Shown in pieces: positions 44,301 to 50,362 of a stretch of DNA of 50,362 nucleotides. The first letter of the stretch is position 1. The number at the start of each line of letters is the position of its first letter. Origin of the DNA: an uncultured Gammaproteobacteria bacterium (GTDB lineage: Bacteria > Patescibacteriota > Patescibacteriia > JAGPKW01); NCBI GenBank assembly GCA_964532735.1, contig CAZHKK010000004.1:1-50362 (forward strand). Reading direction: 5' to 3'. The position numbers and the translations under genes were made by a program. Under the pieces are notes generated by a model, which was not told where the DNA came from, did not search any database, and worked only from the letters and a program-made list of their open reading frames with translations.

Positions 44301-47300
44301 TTGGTGTAATGTATATGTTAAAACTTAATCATTTAGTTGAAGACAAAATACATCAGAGATCTATTGGGCCATATTCTCTTGTTACTCAACAACCACTTGG
44401 AGGTAAGGCTCAATTTGGTGGACAAAGACTTGGAGAAATGGAGGTATGGGCACTTGAAGCTTATGGAGCCGCTCATATGTTACAAGAAATGTTAACTATA
44501 AAATCAGATGATGTTATAGGTAGATCAAAAGCTTATGAATCTATTATTAGAGGTGAAAAAATTCAAAAACTTGATGTACCGGAATCATTTAATGTATTAG
44601 TTAGAGAAATGAAGGGACTTTGTTTAGATGTTCAATTATTAAAAAAAGATGAAGAAAATAAATTTAATGATATTACTTCATTGTTTTTTGATGAAGCTTC
44701 TATAGCTGATAATGTTAATGCTAGAAAAATTTTAAATTTTGATGGAATTAAATTATCTGTTGCTTCTCCTGATAAAATAAAATCATGGTCTTTTGGGGAA
44801 GTTACTAAACCTGAAACTATTAATTATAGAACACAAAAACCTGAAAAAGATGGTCTTCTTTGTGAAAAAATATTCGGACCAGTAAAAGATTGGGAATGTG
44901 CTTGTGGAAAGTATAGAAAAATTAAATATAAAGGAATTGTTTGTGATAAATGTGGGGTAGAAGTAACTAAGAGTATAGTTAGAAGATCTAGATTCGGGCA
45001 TATTGATTTATGTGTTCCAGTTACTCATATTTGGTTTTTAAAAGGTATTCCTTCTAAAGTTGGTTTACTTCTTGATTTGACAGCTCAATCTCTTGAAAAA
45101 GTTGTTTATTTTGCTGATTTTATAATTACTAATATAAATGAAGAATTAAAAAATGAAGTTGTAGAAAGATTAAATAACGAATATAAAGGAAAGAAAAAAT
45201 CTGTAGAAAATGAGTTTAAGCAAAAAATTGATAATGCAAAAAATAAATCTGAAAAAGAAGGATTGGATATAAAAGAAGTTGTTATTAGTTTAGAAAAAGA
45301 ATTTGAACAGGCATTGGATAACTTAAAAGCAGAATTTGAAGAAATAAAAACAGATTTATCTGATCTTAAACTTAAAAAGATTTTAAGTGAAGAAAAATTT
45401 AGAAGACTTTCTATTAAATTCGGTTATTTATTTGAAGCTAGTATTGGTGCAGAAGCTATTCATAAATTGCTTTCTGATATTGATTTGGATGTTTTATATA
45501 AAGAACTTGAAGATCAATTACCAACGGTTTCTGCTTTAAATAAAAAGAGATTACTTGCAAGAATTCAACTTGTAGATAATATGATTAGAAATGGTATAAG
45601 ACCTGAATGGATGGTTCTTACTACAGTTCCTATTTTACCACCTTCTCTTAGACCTATAGTTCAACTTGATGGTGGAAGATTTGCGTCTTCTGATTTAAAT
45701 GATTTATATAGAAGAATTATTAATAGAAATAATCGTCTTAAGAGACTTATATCTATTAATGCTCCAGAAGTTATTTCTAGAAACGAAAAAAGAATGTTAC
45801 AAGAAGCAGTTGATGCTTTGATTGATAATGGTGCTAGAAAAGGAAAAATGATTACTTCTTCTACTGGACAAAAGAGAGCTTTAAAGTCTATTGCTGATTC
45901 TTTAAAAGGTAAACAAGGAAGATTTAGACAAAATTTACTTGGTAAGAGAGTTGATTATTCTGGAAGATCTGTAATAGTTGTTGGGCCTAAATTAAAATTA
46001 TATCAATGTGGTTTACCAAAAATAATGGCTATAGAATTATTTAAACCATTTGTAATTTCTGAACTTATTAGAAGAGAGTTTGTGTTTAATATAAGGGCAG
46101 CTTCTCGTATGATTGAACAAGGAGTAAAAGAAGTTTGGGATATACTTGAAGAAGTTGTTTCTAAAGCTTATGTTTTATTAAATAGAGCACCTTCTCTACA
46201 TAGATTAAGTATACAGGCTTTCAAACCAGTTTTAATTGATGGTAAAGCAATTCAATTACATCCATTAGTTTGTGAGGCTTTTAATGCTGATTTTGATGGA
46301 GATCAAATGGCTGTTCATGTTCCATTATCTTCAGAAGCTATGTATGAAGCTGGTCATATAATGCTTTCATCTCATAATTTATTAAAACCTGCTAATGGAG
46401 ATCCTGTTTCTCTTCCTAGATTGGATATGATTCTTGGTTCTTATACTTTAACAAATATTAAAGATATTAAATCTTTTGAAAATTCTTCTTCTCATGTTTT
46501 TGCTTCTTACAAAGATATGTATTCTTGTTTTGTAATGAATAAATTAACATTACAAAGTAAAGTAAGTTTTAAAGATGATAATAACAATAATATAACAACT
46601 AGTGTTGGTAGAGCTTTGTTTAATAGTATTTTACCTTATGAAGCTAGAGATTATGATACTTCTTTTGATAAAAAATCTACAAAAAAATTATTTGCTAAAA
46701 TACTTGATGTTTATGGATTTGAAAGAACTGCTATATTGATAGATGACATAAAAGATTTGACTATAGAATATCTTACAAAATCTGGTATTTCTATAAGTAT
46801 TTGTGATTTGCCTGATATTTCTGAAGAAAAAAGTATTTATGTTGAAAATGCTCGTAATCAAGTAAATACAATAAAAGAACAATATGAAATGGGATTTTTG
46901 ACTGATCAAGAAAGACATAGAAAGGTTATTGAAGTTTGGGCAAAAGTTAAAGATGAAGTTTCTTTAATATCTGATAATAAATTTGATAAACTTAGTCCTT
47001 TTTATACTATTGTTAAATCTGGTTCTAGAGGAACTCCTGCTCAGCTTAATCAGATGGTTTCTATGAAGGGTCTTGTTATTAGTCCTTCTGGGGACACATT
47101 AGAACTTCCTATTAGACATTCTTTACAAGAAGGTTTTGATGCTCTTGAATATTTTATTTCTACACATGGTGCTAGGAAAGGTCTTACAGATACTGCATTA
47201 AAAACTGCTTCTGCTGGTTATTTAACAAGAAGATTAGTTGATGTTGCACAAGATGTTATAATAACAACTGAAGACTGTGGAGATAAAGATGGAGTTTTGA

Positions 47301-48556
47301 TTACCAAAAAAGAATCAAATGAAATAGGTGAACCTATTGAAAATAGATTATTTGGAAGATATTCTCTTGAAGATGTTATTGATAGAGAAACTAATGAAAA
47401 GATTGTTTTAAAGGGTGAATATATATCAAAAATTCAAGCTAAGAAAATATCTGAATCAAGTATAGAATCCATTAGAGTTAGGTCTGTTCTTGCTTGTAAT
47501 TGTGATAGAGGTGTTTGTCAAAAATGTTATGGTTATGATTTGGGAAGAAATAAACTTGTTGAAAATGGTGCTCCTGTTGGAGTTGTAGCTGCTCAAAGTA
47601 TTGGTGAACCTGCTACACAGCTTGTTCTTAGAACTTTCCATTCTGGAGGTATTTCAGGTTCTGATATTACTCAAGGTCTTCCTAGAGTAGAAGAAATTTT
47701 TGAAGGAAGATCTGTTAAAAAGAAAGCTTTTCTTGCTGAGTTTGATGGAAAAGTTATTATATCTGATTCTAAAAATAAAGAAAAAGAAATTATTATAACT
47801 TTGCAATATTTAAATAAAAATTCAGAAGATTATGAAATTTCTAAAGATTCTGAAGTCTTCGTAAAGAATGGTCAAAAAGTTAAAATGGGAGATGTTTTAA
47901 TGAAAGTTGTTGATAAACAATTTAATGCTAAAAATGCAGGAGTTGTTAAAATGGATAAAGAAAAAATATCTATATATTTTGAGAAAGACGAAGAAAAAGA
48001 ATATGTGATTCCTTTTGGGTATAATATTTTGATAAAAAATGGCGCTTCTGTTTCAAGAGGAGATGTTTTAACAGATGGTAGTATTGATCTTTATGAATTA
48101 TTTGAATTAAAGGGTCAAAATGCTGTTCAAAAATATATATTAAAAGAAATACAACATGTTTATACATTACAAGGACAAGATTTGAATGATAAACATATTG
48201 AAATTATTACTAGACAAATGTTCTCTAAGGTAAGAATAATTAATCCTGGAGATAGTAAATTAATTAGGGGTGATGTTATTAGTCTTGGTAAATTTAATTC
48301 TATAAATTCTAAAATTAAAGCTGATGGTGGAAAGATAGCTAAAGGAACTACTCTTCTTATGGGTATTACTAAGGTTTCTGAATTTAGTGATTCTTGGTTA
48401 TCTGCTGCTTCCTTCCAAGAAACAACTAAAGCTCTTGTTAATGCTTCAATTTCTGGTGAAATAGATGAATTACAAGGATTAAAAGAAAACGTTATTATTG
48501 GTAAATTAGTTCCTGTTGGAACAGGTTTACTTGATTCAAATACTCTTATTGATTAA
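41345..48556 (+). CDS. rpoBC: DNA-directed RNA polymerase beta and beta' subunits fused in one 2403-codon reading frame
   Basis: Beta motifs occupy the first ~1100 aa (..NRRVRSIGELL.., GPGGL..ERAGFEVRDVH, GEMEVWALEAYGAAH, PESFNVLVREMKGLCLDV). The same frame then carries the beta' N-terminus (IKLSVASPDKIKSWSFGEV), the Zn finger CACGKYRKIKYKGIVCDKCGVEV and the catalytic NADFDGDQM. There is no stop codon between them. Confidence 0.9.
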   Translation: MFEKHTEAIRQYVKNIDKKTSPTYLLEIQKNSYEWFFREGLKDLFDEINPIKDIIGRDFELYFLDYALDEPKFDENTARFKNLTYEASLKVKSKLVNKKTGEIKEQDVYLGDFPIMTSHGTFVINGIERVVVSQLVRSPGVFFTTDIVRGRKYYGAKIIPNRGAWLEIVTDQHNVLWVKIDRKRKVAVTSLLQAFGMDIDEIKSTFTEVDSDPDISFIDATIKKDSARNQEDALLEVYKRIRPGDLATPENAKSLIFATFFNFERYDFSKVGRYKINKKFNFDIPNTPETRILRMEDLIAIISEIIKLNISQDEADDIDHLSNRRVRSIGELLQSKLRVGLARMRRIIKDKMSTLNVESVTPVQLINSRPITSVVREFFMSSQLSQFMDQINPLAELEHKRRLSVMGPGGLVRERAGFEVRDVHRTHYGKICPIESPEGSNIGLVGHMSVYARVNEYGFLETPYKKVYRIIENSAKLLEGKILNETIKGIGKIGDKITKELAKKIESDKKIKEISIKPFVSEEIHYLTSSDEERYNIAINYNLVDGHYFKKDFIEGRINGEAGTILVEQVDYMDVSNMQIVGVSAALIPFLEHTDAHRALMGSNMQRQAVPCIVPESPVIGTGLEGVVARDSGQIFIAPVDGTVIEADANLIRLLGDDKNIYSYQIRKFVESNAGTCINQRLLVTSGEKVKEGQVLVDGTSIEKGELALGQNLTVAFMCWEGGNYEDAILLSERVVQKDRYTSIHISKKIMAVRETKIGPEVITRDIPNISDEKLKNLDEDGVVRVGSEVSSGDILVGKITPKGETELSAEERLLRAIFGDKAKDVRDSSLRLEHGERGKVVDIKIFSRDKGDKLPSGVIKQIEVSIATLRKVQVGDKMAGRYGNKGVISRIVKMEDMPYLENGKPVDILLNPLGVVSRMNLGQLFEVHLGLAAQALGVKIATPVFDGVSKEEVIEQLTKAGFPADGKIQLYDGRTGEPFTEKTTVGVMYMLKLNHLVEDKIHQRSIGPYSLVTQQPLGGKAQFGGQRLGEMEVWALEAYGAAHMLQEMLTIKSDDVIGRSKAYESIIRGEKIQKLDVPESFNVLVREMKGLCLDVQLLKKDEENKFNDITSLFFDEASIADNVNARKILNFDGIKLSVASPDKIKSWSFGEVTKPETINYRTQKPEKDGLLCEKIFGPVKDWECACGKYRKIKYKGIVCDKCGVEVTKSIVRRSRFGHIDLCVPVTHIWFLKGIPSKVGLLLDLTAQSLEKVVYFADFIITNINEELKNEVVERLNNEYKGKKKSVENEFKQKIDNAKNKSEKEGLDIKEVVISLEKEFEQALDNLKAEFEEIKTDLSDLKLKKILSEEKFRRLSIKFGYLFEASIGAEAIHKLLSDIDLDVLYKELEDQLPTVSALNKKRLLARIQLVDNMIRNGIRPEWMVLTTVPILPPSLRPIVQLDGGRFASSDLNDLYRRIINRNNRLKRLISINAPEVISRNEKRMLQEAVDALIDNGARKGKMITSSTGQKRALKSIADSLKGKQGRFRQNLLGKRVDYSGRSVIVVGPKLKLYQCGLPKIMAIELFKPFVISELIRREFVFNIRAASRMIEQGVKEVWDILEEVVSKAYVLLNRAPSLHRLSIQAFKPVLIDGKAIQLHPLVCEAFNADFDGDQMAVHVPLSSEAMYEAGHIMLSSHNLLKPANGDPVSLPRLDMILGSYTLTNIKDIKSFENSSSHVFASYKDMYSCFVMNKLTLQSKVSFKDDNNNNITTSVGRALFNSILPYEARDYDTSFDKKSTKKLFAKILDVYGFERTAILIDDIKDLTIEYLTKSGISISICDLPDISEEKSIYVENARNQVNTIKEQYEMGFLTDQERHRKVIEVWAKVKDEVSLISDNKFDKLSPFYTIVKSGSRGTPAQLNQMVSMKGLVISPSGDTLELPIRHSLQEGFDALEYFISTHGARKGLTDTALKTASAGYLTRRLVDVAQDVIITTEDCGDKDGVLITKKESNEIGEPIENRLFGRYSLEDVIDRETNEKIVLKGEYISKIQAKKISESSIESIRVRSVLACNCDRGVCQKCYGYDLGRNKLVENGAPVGVVAAQSIGEPATQLVLRTFHSGGISGSDITQGLPRVEEIFEGRSVKKKAFLAEFDGKVIISDSKNKEKEIIITLQYLNKNSEDYEISKDSEVFVKNGQKVKMGDVLMKVVDKQFNAKNAGVVKMDKEKISIYFEKDEEKEYVIPFGYNILIKNGASVSRGDVLTDGSIDLYELFELKGQNAVQKYILKEIQHVYTLQGQDLNDKHIEIITRQMFSKVRIINPGDSKLIRGDVISLGKFNSINSKIKADGGKIAKGTTLLMGITKVSEFSDSWLSAASFQETTKALVNASISGEIDELQGLKENVIIGKLVPVGTGLLDSNTLID

Positions 48557-48574
48557 TAATAATTGTTAAAAAAA

Positions 48575-48602
48575 ACACGTGGAGTTTTCCACGTGTTTTT
48601 TG
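48575..48602 (+). terminator. Rho-independent terminator after rpoBC
   Basis: ACACGTGGA-GTTT-TCCACGTGT followed by T6 and preceded by an A-run. Confidence 0.75.
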
Positions 48603-48655
48603 TTGTTTCAAAATGGTATAATTAAATCATAAATATTAGCTCTTTTTTAAATTTT

Positions 48656-50362
48656 ATGAAAAATTTTTTTAAAAAATTAAGTATAGTATCCATTTTTTGT
48701 TTTTTGTTTTTTGTTATTATTAATAACGTTTTTGCTGTTGCAAGTATCTCAATTTCCCAAAGAGAAGTAATAAGAGATACAAAAAGACTTAATGATCTTA
48801 CTGTTTTTAGAAAAGCTATAGAGGAATATAAAACAAAAAATGGATTCTATCCAAAATTAGAAACTGGAACTAATATAAAAGGTTATGTTAACTCTTCGTG
48901 GTCTAATCAATGGATTTCTTTTTGTAATATATTAGGTTTGTCTTCTTGTCCTGTTGATCCTATTAATACTATTATTGGTTGTGATTGTTCTGTATTTAAT
49001 CCAGATGGACAATGTAGTGGAGATAATATAAACGAAAATATAGATACAACTACTTGTTATAATTCAAAATCTCAATCTTTTGCATGTGTGGATGGTTCTC
49101 GTATTTATCAATATCAATCATTAAATAATGGAAGAAACTATTCTTTAATGATGGAGTTTGAATATTCTGATAATGTTAATTGGGAAGTAGAATCTTCTTC
49201 TGATAATTTAATATTAATAAAGAACTCTTGTGTGTCAGGTGATAATTTTTACAAAATTCTTTCTAATAAACTTCAAAAATGTGGTGATGGTATTTTAGGA
49301 TATAATGAAATGTGTGAAGTAGGTTCTAGAAAAACAGAATTTTGTAAAACACTTAACAACAAGACAGGAGTAAGATATATAGAATGTTCTAATTCTTGTG
49401 TTTGGGATAATACAAATGTTGGGGAATGTAATGTTATTGGTTTTTGTGGTGATGGAATAATACAAACTGATAAAGGTGAAGAATGTGATGGTGGTTATCA
49501 AAAAATGTGTTACAACTATCAAGATTATTTATATAAAAATACTTCTGATAAATATGCAATTAATTCTCATTATAATTGGTATAATGAACAAATAAGACAT
49601 TGTGGTTTAAATTGTAAATGGAATGGTGAATATATAGATTCTACTATTTATTGTGGAGGTTTTTGTGGTGATGGAATAATACAAACTGATAAAGGTGAAG
49701 AATGTGACGATCCTAATGATAAACATTGTGATATTTCTAAATGTAAATACAAGAATAGTGCTCCTACTATTGTTTTTGATTTTTTAGAAAATAGATATTC
49801 AAAAAATAGTTATATCAAATCTAATGTTTGGAGTGGTGATAAATTTCAATATAATAATGACTATAATGGAACAGGAAATATTGATTTAATAATAGCTGAT
49901 AAACAAGATAATGAAATTGTTGCTATTTGGAATTCAGAATTTATAGAAATAAAAACCAATGTTCAAGATAAAGAAAATGATAGTATATCTTTTAAATATG
50001 CTTTTCCTTTAAGTCATAATATTAATTTTGCTATAAAATATTCTAAATCTTCTGATCCATCAAAAACTTTTTACGATTACAATTTTGGAGAATATGTTTT
50101 AGATGCTGATATTATTAGAATATATCCAACAACAATTCAGAATGGTAAAAATACTTACAAGAATTTTGTTGAAGAAAAGGAAAATTTATTATTTGGTCAT
50201 AGTTATGCTGGTTATTATAAATTAGAAATTTCTATAAAAGAAAATTATAATAAAGGTTTACATAGTTCTTCTAATCCACATGGTTTATCTTCAACAAAAA
50301 GCATTAACTTTAAGATAGGACCAGGTTGTGGCGATAGAATTTTACAAAAAGAATTAGGGGAA
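48656..50362 (+). CDS. Secreted pilin-like/Cys-rich-repeat protein, 3'-truncated by the window end (at least 569 aa)
   Basis: The open frame from ATG 48656 to the window edge was checked codon by codon and has no stop. It is absent from the ORF track, apparently because it has no stop within the window. It begins with a signal/anchor (MKNFFKKLSIVSIFCFLFFVIINNVFA) and a pseudopilin-like segment (RDTKRLNDLTVFRKAIEEYKTKNGFYP..CPVDPIN). It then has at least 4 CGDG...ECD Cys-rich repeats. Confidence 0.7.
   Translation, partial: MKNFFKKLSIVSIFCFLFFVIINNVFAVASISISQREVIRDTKRLNDLTVFRKAIEEYKTKNGFYPKLETGTNIKGYVNSSWSNQWISFCNILGLSSCPVDPINTIIGCDCSVFNPDGQCSGDNINENIDTTTCYNSKSQSFACVDGSRIYQYQSLNNGRNYSLMMEFEYSDNVNWEVESSSDNLILIKNSCVSGDNFYKILSNKLQKCGDGILGYNEMCEVGSRKTEFCKTLNNKTGVRYIECSNSCVWDNTNVGECNVIGFCGDGIIQTDKGEECDGGYQKMCYNYQDYLYKNTSDKYAINSHYNWYNEQIRHCGLNCKWNGEYIDSTIYCGGFCGDGIIQTDKGEECDDPNDKHCDISKCKYKNSAPTIVFDFLENRYSKNSYIKSNVWSGDKFQYNNDYNGTGNIDLIIADKQDNEIVAIWNSEFIEIKTNVQDKENDSISFKYAFPLSHNINFAIKYSKSSDPSKTFYDYNFGEYVLDADIIRIYPTTIQNGKNTYKNFVEEKENLLFGHSYAGYYKLEISIKENYNKGLHSSSNPHGLSSTKSINFKIGPGCGDRILQKELGE
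49439..49707. repeat. Two identical 50-nt segments (49439-49488 and 49658-49707) encoding GFCGDGIIQTDKGEECD
   Basis: The copies are identical on manual base-by-base comparison, with a 219-nt period, in frame. Confidence 0.85.

Noticed and set aside
41627-47641. Numerous 60-91-aa ORFs on either strand overlapping rpoBC, plus similar ones inside fusA, tuf, rel, dprA, the SPFH gene and zupT
   Set aside because: They overlap strongly supported genes and have no independent signals.
41345-48556. Intein or intron as the explanation for the giant ORF
   Set aside because: The length is fully accounted for by beta plus beta' plus one modest charged insertion. No intein blocks (Cys/Ser...His-Asn-Cys) or endonuclease motifs were seen.

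Overview
This is a strongly AT-rich bacterial window that reads with the standard code: TGA works as a stop and gene lengths match homologues. About 56 protein genes and 4 tRNA genes are supported, and there is no rRNA, CRISPR array or recognisable transposase. The core is a str-S10-spc ribosomal supercluster (rpsL, rpsG, fusA, tuf, rpsJ through rplO, then secY; 25.3-41.0 kb). It lacks rpmD (L30) and is followed directly by a single 2403-codon fused rpoB-rpoC gene instead of the usual adk/map/infA/alpha operon. Upstream lie housekeeping genes: comM, dprA, topA, a short Rel/SpoT, parB, ndk, a SpoIID/LytB-type wall protein, hflX, an SPFH protein, an RRM RNA-binding protein, a ZIP transporter, and an orphan OmpR-type regulator followed by Rrf2-NifS/IscS-IscU and rpmB. 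A bona fide form II/III-type RuBisCO large subunit is transcribed divergently from an MTA/SAH nucleosidase gene. The missing L30, this RuBisCO type, the small gene set and the pilin-like proteins fit a CPR/Patescibacteria-like organism, but that is inference because no rRNA is present. The most interesting items are: (1) the seamless rpoB-rpoC fusion and its relocation; (2) the RuBisCO-mtnN divergent pair with abutting -35 elements; (3) two long non-coding regions with near-consensus promoters and conserved-looking helices (8.77-9.01 kb and 23.76-23.97 kb), the second preceded by three 11-bp direct repeats; (4) a 100% identical 259-nt in-gene tandem duplication; (5) attenuator-like and terminator-like punctuation inside the ribosomal operons; and (6) a truncated gene for a large secreted Cys-rich repeat protein with a pilin-like N-domain. 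All RNA and promoter calls come from reading the sequence only and need Infernal/Rfam and transcript data.
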